DNA from: a virus
IMG/VR virus record: IMGVR_UViG_3300024239_000355
Location: 116,378-180,377 of that record
Strand: one strand, 5' to 3'
DNA: 64,000 bases
Translations under genes and position numbers: made by a program
Part shown: piece after piece, positions 16,580-26,295 of the stretch
How the letters are laid out: every line of letters starts with the position of its first letter
How positions within the stretch are numbered: the stretch's first letter is position 1
The notes under the pieces: model-generated
What the model saw: the letters and a program-made list of their open reading frames with translations, nothing else
Told to the model about the DNA's origin: nothing
Database searches by the model: none

Positions 16580-19100
16580 ATTGAGCCTTCTTATAATATC
16601 TCTTTCGTTCTTTCATGTGCTTGTCCGAACTGCGTGTAGTGGCGCAGATGTCAAAGATCGCAACATCGTCTTTGTCTTTCGCTTTACGCAATCCTCGACC
16701 GATTGACTGAATAGTTCGAACGAAACTCTTCCCCGGTTCTATCAATACAAGATTGAATATTCTAGGAATATTTAGACCAACCGCAGCGACACCATAAGTG
16801 GCGATGACGATTTTCTCGTTAGCAACGTTGATTTCCTGATACTGTGTCTTACGGTTCTTTGTGGTCATACTACCACTAACGAAGACCGACCCAGGAAGGT
16901 ACCGCATAAGAGCCTTTCCTGCATCGAGGCGGTCCACCAGCACCAGGGTGTTTCCACCATCCGCCATCTTCTGGATCAGCCCAGCGATAAATTTCAAACG
17001 GGTTTCGTCCGACGTAAGATAGCGGATTTCGTCTTGGTATTGCGTTCCACTGAAATTGATCGGCTCAATCAATTGCAAGATGTCAATGGTACATCCCGCC
17101 AAGAACCCCTTATCCTGAAGCTCCTTAGCGGTCACGCTACCAACATTGGGACCGATGGCAGCCAATAGAGCAAAGAAATCGTAATCATCCTTCGGGATCG
17201 TACCAGTCAAACCCCAACGAAGTGGGATATGAGCCATCGGACCAGTCAGAAGCCTCTTCAGCACGTCGGACTTGGCTTGATGAACTTCGTCCACAATGAC
17301 AGTGACAACGCCATCAAGGAAAGTGGCAATTTCCAAATCAGTAAGGTCTTGCTGTCCACGCGCAAGCTTCCAGTCCTTAGTCTTCTTATCGAGGACATTC
17401 AAGCTCTGCCATGTGCAGATGGTATGAGTACGTCCAACCTCTTTGCGGTCGCCATAAAATACACCAACATCACGCCCAATTACCTTGAAGTCAGCTTCGG
17501 TCTGCTCCACAAGGTCTTTGTTCGGGACAATAACAATGGTTCGCCCATAAGGCTCGCATAGCTTGGATAGGGCAGCCGTCGTGATGGTGTTGTGTGTCAC
17601 CACAAAATCATCAGTAACATAAAGATGCTCTGAATGATCCACCGCGATACATTGACACTCATCAACGCCTATCGGCTCTATCGACACAATGGCAAGACGG
17701 AAATGGTCCGCATATTGATATTTTTCGGATATACGTGAACGTTTACGCTCTAAACTCACTAGATTGCGTGGATTAGGATGCCGAATTTTGCAAGTATAAG
17801 ATAACCGCCCGAGTCGTTTTTCACCATTATGCGTATAGGAAGTCTGCTTTTCCTTTATAGAGCATTTTCCACCCAACGAACGCACCAGATAGCATACATT
17901 CTCTGCCAACATTTTGCTGGTCGTACTGAACGATAGATCACCGTACTTCCCGACATATCCATCGGTGTCCATCAACCCACGCAACAAATCATACCGTTGC
18001 GCCAATGATCCACGCAGGTATACGTCTGGAATGAATTTCTCATGAGAATATTTCCCATGAAGGTTAAGTTCCTTGATGACTCGCATATAATGGTGCGACG
18101 ATCCGACCTGTTTCTTCTGAAAATCAGTGTCGCGATACTCTTCAGTCATTCGCAAACGATAATCATAGTCGCAACTATGGGCAAGTTCATACCCTGGCAG
18201 CAACCGCGATGAAACGTTGTCTAATATTTCCTGATCGGCGGAAGAAATATAGATCGACTTATGCCGCATACCACCATCCCCGATCATCACACCAATAACG
18301 TATGGATCGATAGGAAGGTCAACGTCGAAACCATTACTCGGAGTGTAGACCGGGATGTGGTAAACTTCTTTTGTCGAAGTCATTTTTTCCCGAATTTGGT
18401 CAAGTGTCCAAACCCGATTTTTCTGCTTCCAGTGCTTGTTGTAAACTTCCCACAGATGATCACCAGTAGAAACGGCGCTACGCCCATCTGCAAATGTGAT
18501 CCTGAAAATTTCTTTTTGTCCTTGCGGGAAAATACCAATCACCGTAGTTTCAGTACCATCTCGCGCAATTATCTTATCCCCAATGCGCAGTGCCCCCATT
18601 GTGGTCCACCCACAATGGGTCAAAATCTTCGACCATAATGGTTGTGCCTTACCTGCGCCGGTACTCACTTCCTGAAGTGACTGCTTGTAGAGCATACAGT
18701 TGTTGATGGTACGAACCTGATGCTCTTCGAGCATAATAGGCTCACCCTCAAAACGATGCCCTTTCGGCCAACGGTATTCACTTAGGTAATTTGAATCGAT
18801 TTGCGGGAGTTCTTTGGGGATATCCCATGACTGGCGCAAATCCACCAGTTCCATTTCATCCTGGCGATACCCAGACTTTTCAAGGATGGGGATGATACGG
18901 TCAAGCAAATTGACGAAGGTACCGCCGCCGACTGTGCAATACGATACGGTGCCGTCCCACCTCCCAAGCTTATAAGCTTGGGAATGGCGTGCTTTTGGAA
19001 TAAAGAATTTGAGTTCTTTGACCATTCGTTGGCGCGTAGCGACATCCACACCATCGAACTTGACATTTACCTCATCACGTACAGTCAGAGTACACTTCAT
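16536..19100 (-). CDS. uvsW: UvsW-like SF2 DNA helicase interrupted by an intein
   Basis: WDG N-terminal motif, TGAGK|T Walker A split by the intein, TWQS, DEVH, GLTGT, QSIGRGLR. Start ATG 19100. Confidence 0.9.
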   Translation of the reverse strand: MKCTLTVRDEVNVKFDGVDVATRQRMVKELKFFIPKARHSQAYKLGRWDGTVSYCTVGGGTFVNLLDRIIPILEKSGYRQDEMELVDLRQSWDIPKELPQIDSNYLSEYRWPKGHRFEGEPIMLEEHQVRTINNCMLYKQSLQEVSTGAGKAQPLWSKILTHCGWTTMGALRIGDKIIARDGTETTVIGIFPQGQKEIFRITFADGRSAVSTGDHLWEVYNKHWKQKNRVWTLDQIREKMTSTKEVYHIPVYTPSNGFDVDLPIDPYVIGVMIGDGGMRHKSIYISSADQEILDNVSSRLLPGYELAHSCDYDYRLRMTEEYRDTDFQKKQVGSSHHYMRVIKELNLHGKYSHEKFIPDVYLRGSLAQRYDLLRGLMDTDGYVGKYGDLSFSTTSKMLAENVCYLVRSLGGKCSIKEKQTSYTHNGEKRLGRLSYTCKIRHPNPRNLVSLERKRSRISEKYQYADHFRLAIVSIEPIGVDECQCIAVDHSEHLYVTDDFVVTHNTITTAALSKLCEPYGRTIVIVPNKDLVEQTEADFKVIGRDVGVFYGDRKEVGRTHTICTWQSLNVLDKKTKDWKLARGQQDLTDLEIATFLDGVVTVIVDEVHQAKSDVLKRLLTGPMAHIPLRWGLTGTIPKDDYDFFALLAAIGPNVGSVTAKELQDKGFLAGCTIDILQLIEPINFSGTQYQDEIRYLTSDETRLKFIAGLIQKMADGGNTLVLVDRLDAGKALMRYLPGSVFVSGSMTTKNRKTQYQEINVANEKIVIATYGVAAVGLNIPRIFNLVLIEPGKSFVRTIQSIGRGLRKAKDKDDVAIFDICATTRSSDKHMKERKRYYKKAQYEHTVHKIDYLQMV
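17589..18647 (-). mobile_element. Class-3 intein (353 aa) with LAGLIDADG homing endonuclease
   Basis: Begins AQPL after GAGK and ends VVTHN before T. IGVMIGDG and LRGLMDTDG motifs. WCT signature (HLW, CQC, YVT). Confidence 0.9.
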
Positions 19101-19124
19101 TCTCGTTTTGTTCTTCCACAATCC

Positions 19125-19155
19125 AAGAAAATGCCCGTCAAAACGGGCATTTCTC
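19125..19155 (-). terminator. Intrinsic terminator
   Basis: AAATGCCCGT-CAAA-ACGGGCATTT with an A-rich tract on +. Confidence 0.6.
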
Positions 19156-19189
19156 AGCAATTTACCTATATGTACTTATCCTTGCAATT

Positions 19190-19525
19190 TTATTTCTTCA
19201 CAGAATTGCAATGACATACAGGGAGTTTTTTAAGTAGATCAATGATTTCAGCGTGTATTCGCTGCGCTTCTTGATTGGACTTGGTGTGGATGTACTTGGT
19301 ACCCCCATCAACTCCAATCTGTACCATTGCATGACGCCAATGGCTTGATCCTCTCTTTGGTTTCAACAGAGGTTTTTTAAGCGCGGCACGTATCCAGTTT
19401 TTGAATTGGAACATGTTGATCTTATTAGACCAAAACACTCGGTGTCCCGGAACCCAACGCACTTCGGTCACATAATACAACGATATTACGGCATGTACCG
19501 ATGAATCAGGGATGGTATAGAGCAT
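19190..19525 (-). CDS. Hypothetical protein (111 aa)
   Basis: GGAG SD and ATG. Confidence 0.6.
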   Translation of the reverse strand: MLYTIPDSSVHAVISLYYVTEVRWVPGHRVFWSNKINMFQFKNWIRAALKKPLLKPKRGSSHWRHAMVQIGVDGGTKYIHTKSNQEAQRIHAEIIDLLKKLPVCHCNSVKK

Positions 19526-19578
19526 GACGTGTTCTCCGATTTGGCCGCAGTCTACCCCAGTGCCGTTTTCATACGCAA

Positions 19579-20463
19579 TTATCTCAATACTACGTGCGCC
19601 AATAAAGCCATGCGCATAAACAGTCCATGCCGCATTTGACGGAAATATGCCGCGCGCGGGTCCGGGTCGATCTCGGCTGGTATCTCGGTTACACGCGGCA
19701 ACGGATGCATCAGCACCATATCTGACTTTGCCGCAGCCATATGGTCTACGGTAATCCCGTAGTCATCGGCGGTTTCAGTACCCGTGGTAGCGAATCGTTC
19801 CTTTTGGACGCGGGTCATGTACACCACATCAGCGGTTGCAATTACATCATCCAGGCGGCTGTATTTGGTTTCACCCGCCATAATGTATTGGTCTGGTATC
19901 TGCAAGACATCAGGGGCTACAAAGCTGATTTTAGCCCCGTACAGACGCAGAAGCTTGGATAGGGAGTGAACGGTGCGCCCATGGAGCAAATCGCCTACCA
20001 TGACCACGTGAAGCCCATCCAGCGAGCCGCGTTCCTTAAAAATCGTGTACAGGTCTAAAAGTGCCTGGGTGGGATGTTCACCGGTACCATCTCCTGCGTT
20101 AATCACGGGGACATCAATCACGTCGGCAGCACGTTGAGCAGCACCAACCTCGGAATGGCGAAGCACAATCACGTCTGCATAGCACGACAGGGTACGAACC
20201 GTGTCTTCAAGTTTTTCACCCTTGACCACCGAGGAATACCGAACCTCGTTAATCGGAATTACCGACCCACCAAGCCGCACCATTGCAGAATAGAAACTGG
20301 ATGATGTGCGGGTCGATGGTTCATAGAACAAATTGGCCAGCACTTTACCGCGCAACGGCTCACTATGCTTGGTGGGATCATATTCATATCGGTAGTAATC
20401 TGCACACGCGATAAGGTTCTCAATGAAAGTACGGTCAAATTGATCGACGGAAATGATATCCAT
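19579..20463 (-). CDS. pyrB: Aspartate carbamoyltransferase catalytic subunit
   Basis: FYEPSTRT, INAGDG..HPTQ, GDL.HGRTVHS, RVQKER, MHPLPR motifs. Confidence 0.96.
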   Translation of the reverse strand: MDIISVDQFDRTFIENLIACADYYRYEYDPTKHSEPLRGKVLANLFYEPSTRTSSSFYSAMVRLGGSVIPINEVRYSSVVKGEKLEDTVRTLSCYADVIVLRHSEVGAAQRAADVIDVPVINAGDGTGEHPTQALLDLYTIFKERGSLDGLHVVMVGDLLHGRTVHSLSKLLRLYGAKISFVAPDVLQIPDQYIMAGETKYSRLDDVIATADVVYMTRVQKERFATTGTETADDYGITVDHMAAAKSDMVLMHPLPRVTEIPAEIDPDPRAAYFRQMRHGLFMRMALLAHVVLR

Positions 20464-20835
20464 TCACTTACCCTTTTTAGTCATCTGGTCTTCGAAAATT
20501 ACCTTGAATGTCAAACCCTTGCTCACTGCAAATGCTTCAGCAGCTTCCCATTTCGCTAGATGGTCTACCATGGCTCTGCGCGTTGCCACCTCAACGATTT
20601 CGCCTCTGCTTGGTGTATCGTCTGACGGCGCATAGATGACAAGAAAGCTCGGGTGGTAGAGGTGCAATATCCCGTCTTCCGCCCTGTAAGGTATGGCAAG
20701 CGGTCTGAACCCCCATTGTTGAATCGAGGGGTGTAGATCGAACATCTTCATCAAAGTAATTTGCCGTGCGGACCCTTCAAGAACCCCGGCGGACAACACT
20801 TTTGACGGATTCGTTGGCTTGTATAATTGTTTCAT
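20464..20835 (-). CDS. T4 gp4/TnsA-like head-completion nuclease homologue with a degenerate active site
   Basis: YKP.NP.K, IPY...DG..H.Y.P(S)F, EV(A), AKW.AA...G..F.V..E pattern. Confidence 0.7.
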   Translation of the reverse strand: MKQLYKPTNPSKVLSAGVLEGSARQITLMKMFDLHPSIQQWGFRPLAIPYRAEDGILHLYHPSFLVIYAPSDDTPSRGEIVEVATRRAMVDHLAKWEAAEAFAVSKGLTFKVIFEDQMTKKGK

Positions 20836-20848
20836 TCCTCACCTCACG

Positions 20849-20894
20849 AAAAAACCCCGGTTGGCTATGGATAGGGACATTGCCAACCGGGGTT
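20849..20894 (-). terminator. Intrinsic terminator
   Basis: AACCCCGGTTGGC...GCCAACCGGGGTT with A-tract on +. Confidence 0.65.
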
Positions 20895-20917
20895 CAAAAA
20901 CCATTGCGGTACTTCGA

Positions 20918-21394
20918 TTAGTATTCGATCACAGCATCTTCAACACCAGCCACCCGCAATTTGGTGATGTTAGTTAGCTGGTAATGCTTGATCTCATACG
21001 ACCGAATCTTGCCTTCGTACTGTTCGTAGAGGTATTGCACTTCGTTGACGAGAATCTTCATAGCCACGACTGACTGATCACCGTCTACATACTGCTTGAT
21101 TTCAGTAGTCTTGAGATCGCGCGGATAGTGCTCAGCAAATTTAATGTACGATTGGCTCTTTACATCGTCCAACTTGATGGTGAGCAGTTGAAGCACACTT
21201 TTAATGGACTTCAACTGCTCAAGACGATAGTCGAAAATACCAGGGAGACGTGCCAGCGATTGTTCCAAATTTCCACGAATTTCAGCCTCTTCGTGCATGT
21301 CTTCCAGTTCCTTCTCATAGAACTGAACCATATCCGCAATGAGAACCAAATCGTTCGGGTTATTGGAAACCCGTCTGAACCATCCATCAACCAT
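20918..21394 (-). CDS. uvsY: UvsY recombination mediator
   Basis: LKTTEIKQYVDGD and QLTNITKLRVAG. Syntenic with uvsX and uvsW. Confidence 0.8.
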   Translation of the reverse strand: MVDGWFRRVSNNPNDLVLIADMVQFYEKELEDMHEEAEIRGNLEQSLARLPGIFDYRLEQLKSIKSVLQLLTIKLDDVKSQSYIKFAEHYPRDLKTTEIKQYVDGDQSVVAMKILVNEVQYLYEQYEGKIRSYEIKHYQLTNITKLRVAGVEDAVIEY

Positions 21395-21636
21395 TAGTCA
21401 TCCTCACTATACCCGTATTCGTCTTCCTCTTCTTCAACTTCATCATCGATGTAGTCTAAAAGAGCATCATCAATCCACTTATCTTCGCCGCGCAATTCAC
21501 CGAATTTGTCGCTGAAACCATGATCATCCATAATCTTCAGCAACCGCACAGCAGCATCACCGCGATGTTTTTCGGTGACTGTTTCTTTAAGAAGTTCCCA
21601 TACCTCTAGAATCATATTCGTCTCGTTACTCATCAT
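21394..21636 (-). CDS. Small acidic protein between uvsX and uvsY
   Basis: Coupled ORF with a D/E-rich tail. Confidence 0.7.
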   Translation of the reverse strand: MMSNETNMILEVWELLKETVTEKHRGDAAVRLLKIMDDHGFSDKFGELRGEDKWIDDALLDYIDDEVEEEEDEYGYSEDD

Positions 21637-22723
21637 CTTCCAATATTTCTCCCGTTTCGGGATCGAAATCTACACCAGTGGTGAGCTTCTGATCCTTGGC
21701 ACCGGAGCCATACCGCCGATCTTCTTGTTCTTTCCATTCGTCCATGATTAGGTGGAAGAACTCCGGTGTCATACCTTTCTCTTGGTACTTATGCACTTTA
21801 CCGGAAAGATCGGTATAAGCGTACCATGCGCCATTCTGCTGAATGGCTTTCTTGTCCTTGAGAAGGTCCAACAGACCGGAATACGGGTCTAGTCCACCGA
21901 CATAAGGGATGTCGATTTCAGTCAGTTCATTAGGCTTTGCGTAACGGGACTTGAAAACCTTACAGACCGACTTGATACCAATGCTTTTCTTGGAATCGTC
22001 CTTCAGGTTCTTCTTGCGCATTGCCACGATGATCGAGGCAGCGTAGATCGGACCATCACCACCCGACAGCTTCGGCTCCGGATTGTACATATCCTGAGAC
22101 GCATAGCTGTGATTGGTCATGATCATACCGATTTCCTCACCAGTGATCTGGGAGACAATCTGGGTGACCAACTGCTTAAGCTGCTTGGGCTTGTGACCCA
22201 TATCGCCCTTGAGATCGCCCTTTTTAAACTGCTCTACCGCGATTGGCGTAGACAACATGCCCAGCGAATCAAGAACGAACAACACGCGCTGTTTTTCCTC
22301 TGGCTTCTTACCCTTGTTGTCAGCCTTGTATTGCTCGATGAACGAATTCATGATTTCCGCGACCTGACCGATCATACGGGCTTCAATACGCATGAAGTTA
22401 TTTTCAGGGTCGATACCAACATCACGCAACCACTTGTCGTCCAACGCACCTTCGGTGTCGATCATGACAACCGTGATACCTTCGCGTTGGGCTTCCTTAG
22501 CGATGTTGGCCGAGATATACGACTTACCAGCGGCAGGCTCACCGGCAAGGATCATCACCTTACCGAACGGAACAGCCTTATAAAAGTCCTGCGCCAGAAA
22601 GAAATTCAGGGCATAGTTGCCGGTGCTAAGCCAAGTATGCGGGTCATATGTCCCGATAAACACACCGTCGATTTTCGAAACATCCTTTAGAACTTTTCCG
22701 AGGTTGAATACTGGTCCTGCCAT
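21626..22723 (-). CDS. uvsX: UvsX/RecA-like recombinase
   Basis: STGNYALN, AGEPAAGKS, IDTE, VLDSLG, TNH, SGG, KSR, GAWY motifs. Confidence 0.93.
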   Translation of the reverse strand: MAGPVFNLGKVLKDVSKIDGVFIGTYDPHTWLSTGNYALNFFLAQDFYKAVPFGKVMILAGEPAAGKSYISANIAKEAQREGITVVMIDTEGALDDKWLRDVGIDPENNFMRIEARMIGQVAEIMNSFIEQYKADNKGKKPEEKQRVLFVLDSLGMLSTPIAVEQFKKGDLKGDMGHKPKQLKQLVTQIVSQITGEEIGMIMTNHSYASQDMYNPEPKLSGGDGPIYAASIIVAMRKKNLKDDSKKSIGIKSVCKVFKSRYAKPNELTEIDIPYVGGLDPYSGLLDLLKDKKAIQQNGAWYAYTDLSGKVHKYQEKGMTPEFFHLIMDEWKEQEDRRYGSGAKDQKLTTGVDFDPETGEILEDDE

Positions 22724-22751
22724 TGAGATCACCTATAATAGTCGAAACGTG

Positions 22752-22785
22752 AAAAAAGGGGTCGGGGATTTCTCACCCGACCCCT
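22752..22785 (-). terminator. Intrinsic terminator after the SSB gene
   Basis: AGGGGTCGGG...CCCGACCCCT with A6 on +. Confidence 0.7.
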
Positions 22786-22796
22786 GTACCATCACC

Positions 22797-23846
22797 TTAG
22801 GAGGCGGAACGTGCCTTGATCAGGTCAAGGATTGCCTGGGCATCAGCCTTCGGCTTCTCGGCAGTAGTGGCTTCCTCACCAGAGGCAGCCGCCGTAGCAG
22901 CAGCACGTGCCTTCAGGGCTTCCAACGGATTAACCGAGACAGCCACCGAGGCTTCCTCAGTCACCGCAGGCTTGCTGACTGCAACAGTGGTAGTGGTCTT
23001 CTCGCCACCGTCTTCCGTGCCGGTGGCAGCAGAATCACCACGCAGACCATTCGGACGGTAATGCTCACCCCACTTCTTCAGGTCGTATGGCTGACCGGCG
23101 ATGCTGGCTTCAAACATCTCGAAGATCATCTTCTGCTGAGCATCAGTCGGCTTCTGGGGCAGGAAGTCCTTCAGGTTGAACAAGCCATGCTTCTCAATCG
23201 CCTCAAGTTCTGCCTGGGCAAGCGAACGCTCCTTGAACGACCACGTAGAAGTGGTGTAATCGGCGTACTCACCGCGACGGGTCTTGGTGATCTTGAAGTC
23301 GCGACCGCGAGTATAGTCGGTCGGCAGTTCTTCCATATCGGGGTTCATCAAGGAGTCCTTGATGAGATTGAAAATGGAGGGGTTGATAATAAAGCGACGG
23401 ATCGGGTTCTCCGGGGCTTCCTTTTCTTCGAGGGGATTGTCAACAACAAAACCCTGGAACACGAAAGAACGCTTGATCCAATACTTGCGTGCAAGTTCCT
23501 TCAGTTCATCATCACCGTCCCACCAATCCTTGGTCGCAGCCAGGATCGGATCAGCCAGCGGCTTACCATCAGCACCCTTCCACATACGCAAGCACGGGAC
23601 AGTGACAGTAACTTCCTTGTTCTCGTCCCCACCCAAGACACCCTGGAAGGGAAGACGAATTACCATGCGCTCCTGCCAAAAATACTCGGCATCCGGAGAG
23701 CCATCCGGAAGGAAACGAACAACCGCAGTTTTATTTTCGGGAATGTCCCAGAAAGGGAAGACGGACTTATCACCGCCAGAACCGTTGGATTCGGACTGCT
23801 TTTTAGCAGCAGCAAGCTTTGCACGAATTTCAGCCAATGTGGGCAT
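22797..23846 (-). CDS. Single-stranded DNA-binding protein (T4 gp32-like)
   Basis: AVVRFLP, P.D...GRDF.I.K....YADY.TS and a C-terminal ILDLIKAR tail. Confidence 0.9.
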   Translation of the reverse strand: MPTLAEIRAKLAAAKKQSESNGSGGDKSVFPFWDIPENKTAVVRFLPDGSPDAEYFWQERMVIRLPFQGVLGGDENKEVTVTVPCLRMWKGADGKPLADPILAATKDWWDGDDELKELARKYWIKRSFVFQGFVVDNPLEEKEAPENPIRRFIINPSIFNLIKDSLMNPDMEELPTDYTRGRDFKITKTRRGEYADYTTSTWSFKERSLAQAELEAIEKHGLFNLKDFLPQKPTDAQQKMIFEMFEASIAGQPYDLKKWGEHYRPNGLRGDSAATGTEDGGEKTTTTVAVSKPAVTEEASVAVSVNPLEALKARAAATAAASGEEATTAEKPKADAQAILDLIKARSAS

Positions 23847-23860
23847 TTGATTTCTCCTAA

Positions 23861-23903
23861 TTTTGAGCCTGTATTTTGAGCCTAAGTTTTGCTTATCGAG
23901 CCT
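23861..23903 (-). repeat. AGGCTC(AAAA) direct repeats in the SSB leader
   Basis: TTTTGAGCCT at 23861 and 23874, and GAGCCT at 23898 (+ strand). Confidence 0.7.
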
Positions 23904-24082
23904 TAGACACCGCGTTCACTTTTTGTTCCCGCGATGACTTTGTTGTAAATCATGTGTTGGCCGTTCCGCAATTTATTTTTTTGGAGGTCAACACTCGATC
24001 TACATTCTTAATTATCTGTGTGTTTTTGGTATTAACACCACACATAACCAACCACCGTCATCAATAGCATCTTGCGGATACT

Positions 24083-24108
24083 AGAAGAGGGGCGAAAGCC
24101 CCTCTTCT
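24083..24108. terminator. Hairpin terminator
   Basis: AGAAGAGGGGC-GAAA-GCCCCTCTTCT. Confidence 0.65.
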
Positions 24109-24110
24109 CC

Positions 24111-26249
24111 TTACTTTCTGTAGTCGCTTAACTGGATCACCTTGTCCCGGAATGATGACATTTCACCAACAATACCTCGGTCGATATCATTAGGGTGATG
24201 AAGCTCGATTGCCGCTTTCTTGTCCTCTTCGGACTGAAAATAGAACGTGCAGTCATCGACGGAAAAATCAATCCCTGCGTCGTCCAGACGGCTGATCATC
24301 GCGTCCACATCATACTCTTTCACTTCATACGGGAAGCCGGTGAAATTAGGACGATTTGCGTCCCGTTGACGCCGGTATTTCGGGCTGACATCAGCGATGA
24401 AATCATCACCCATGTCACCGCCCATCACATCCTCGTTGAAGGGAATTCGATACTCTTTCAGTAGCCGTGCTGCGTTAACGCATGCATCGGCGTCGTGGAA
24501 TTCAAGTACCAGAGTTTCGTAGTCCGCGTCAAAATTTACATTTACTGTCTGAAGGCGCCGTGTTGACACAATCAAATCAGCAGCAGTCTTAAACCCTATT
24601 TGCGTTGGGCGAGTATCCTCGACTATTTCAGCAAGGGTCGTCAGTTCATCCCACTCGGTTTCGATCTTCTGCTTAACTTGACGCCCCTCCATAACGACGC
24701 GACGAATTTCGTCCGCGACGTTGGGCATCCACATAGTTCCAATGGTTTCCAGCACTGCTGCAAGTTGTTCATCACTGATTGACTCGGAAATTTCGCGCAG
24801 AACATCCGGATGAGATCGCCATTTCACCAACGTCGCTGCCGCTTCCCATACTGTATCCGGCTTATTCACGGACACCGTTACTTCATCGGGGTTCTCCTTG
24901 ACCTTTGCGGCAATATTAAACCCATAAATCTTTTTAACAGTACCATCCTCAAGCTCACACTCAACCACATCAAGCGTTCCACGCTCGACCGGTTCCTTCA
25001 ACGTGACGCGGGTTGACGGCTTGGTAATCCAATTTGCTTCCGGGAACACCCCACGATTGATGTCCGGTGTCGGTACCAAGGTAACCAACGATCCTTCGTC
25101 AAATTGATCGTCATTAGATTCCGGGTCGTTAGCTGTATCACCCTCGGTCAAAAACCGGTCAGGATCGAACTGATTGAGCCATTCGGTGAATTGCCCATAT
25201 TCATCCAATCCACCCACCACATCACCCACGGTTGGCTCGTTGATTGGAGCAACTACGTCCGTGGCACCCTCGGCGGCTTTCTTACGGGCGGAATACCGCG
25301 CGAGGGCATCAATCCCCTCGTGGAATGCTTCATTGCCTTCTTCAAGGCACAGAAGGGACTTAATGTGTGAACTTTCAGTGGCTACCACCGAGCTATCCAC
25401 ATCATCACCCTCAACCAAACTTTCGCGAGCAGACCCATACCCACGGCTACCACTCATGCTCTTGAAGGTTTCATTGATCTCGATAATTCGTTCACGAACC
25501 ATTTCCCGTAAACGACGGGTATTATCGTTATCTCCAAGCACCTTGATGTTCTCTGATATATATTTGGCAATCCCACGCAAATTGGCCCACTCAGTCATCA
25601 TCTTTTTGATGCGCGATCCACAATCATCATCAACCGCACCACCTTCCGCTAGGTGCCGTGCCATTGCCCGTCCACCATTGAGGTGTGCTTGTGGCATTAA
25701 AAACCGTTCACCAAGCTTGTTTTCAATATACACGGCATGAATATTGCGCCCACGCGCACCGATTTTTTTATCGTCTACTGGCTGGGAATGGCGAACAACA
25801 AGACGACAATCTCCTATCGGCTGATAAGATGTCTTGCTATACCCGCTCATTTTTTCCATGACAGTATCCATGCTACCTCCTAGGTCGGATTCTTTAACAC
25901 GCCCTTTTTCAATCTCAGCCTGATAGGCGAAATCCTTTGGCGTGATCTTTCGACCGAACTTACGAACGGTGTACTTCAGGTTATAATGAACCGCAGTTTT
26001 GCGAAGGCTGAGAAGCAACCGCTGAATTTCTTCAATCTTGATACCTTCATGCAGATAAACCTTGATCTCAGAATCATCACCGGCTTCTCGCACCGTCACC
26101 ATCATGTGTTCCGGCTGTACGAAAAAACGACGGCATTTCTCAGGGTCGAAAACCTTGTTTCCAACCTCATCGAACATCTTGACCTTACGACCGCCGCCCT
26201 TGACGATGGCAAATACACGCAAGGACACTTTAGCGAAGGAAATAGACAT
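24111..26249 (-). CDS. Putative virion (internal/head) structural protein
   Basis: Late promoter at 26281. IEN..GERF...HL.G.RAMARH motif. Many x-x-E candidate processing sites. Confidence 0.65.
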   Translation of the reverse strand: MSISFAKVSLRVFAIVKGGGRKVKMFDEVGNKVFDPEKCRRFFVQPEHMMVTVREAGDDSEIKVYLHEGIKIEEIQRLLLSLRKTAVHYNLKYTVRKFGRKITPKDFAYQAEIEKGRVKESDLGGSMDTVMEKMSGYSKTSYQPIGDCRLVVRHSQPVDDKKIGARGRNIHAVYIENKLGERFLMPQAHLNGGRAMARHLAEGGAVDDDCGSRIKKMMTEWANLRGIAKYISENIKVLGDNDNTRRLREMVRERIIEINETFKSMSGSRGYGSARESLVEGDDVDSSVVATESSHIKSLLCLEEGNEAFHEGIDALARYSARKKAAEGATDVVAPINEPTVGDVVGGLDEYGQFTEWLNQFDPDRFLTEGDTANDPESNDDQFDEGSLVTLVPTPDINRGVFPEANWITKPSTRVTLKEPVERGTLDVVECELEDGTVKKIYGFNIAAKVKENPDEVTVSVNKPDTVWEAAATLVKWRSHPDVLREISESISDEQLAAVLETIGTMWMPNVADEIRRVVMEGRQVKQKIETEWDELTTLAEIVEDTRPTQIGFKTAADLIVSTRRLQTVNVNFDADYETLVLEFHDADACVNAARLLKEYRIPFNEDVMGGDMGDDFIADVSPKYRRQRDANRPNFTGFPYEVKEYDVDAMISRLDDAGIDFSVDDCTFYFQSEEDKKAAIELHHPNDIDRGIVGEMSSFRDKVIQLSDYRK

Positions 26250-26295
26250 ACGAATCCCTCAAAAAATCCAGCAGTTCTGGTATTTATCAATTGGT

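Noticed and set aside
22617-23879. 420-aa plus-strand ORF antisense to the SSB gene
   Set aside because: Shadow frame produced by the codon bias of a highly expressed gene. It has no SD and no motifs.
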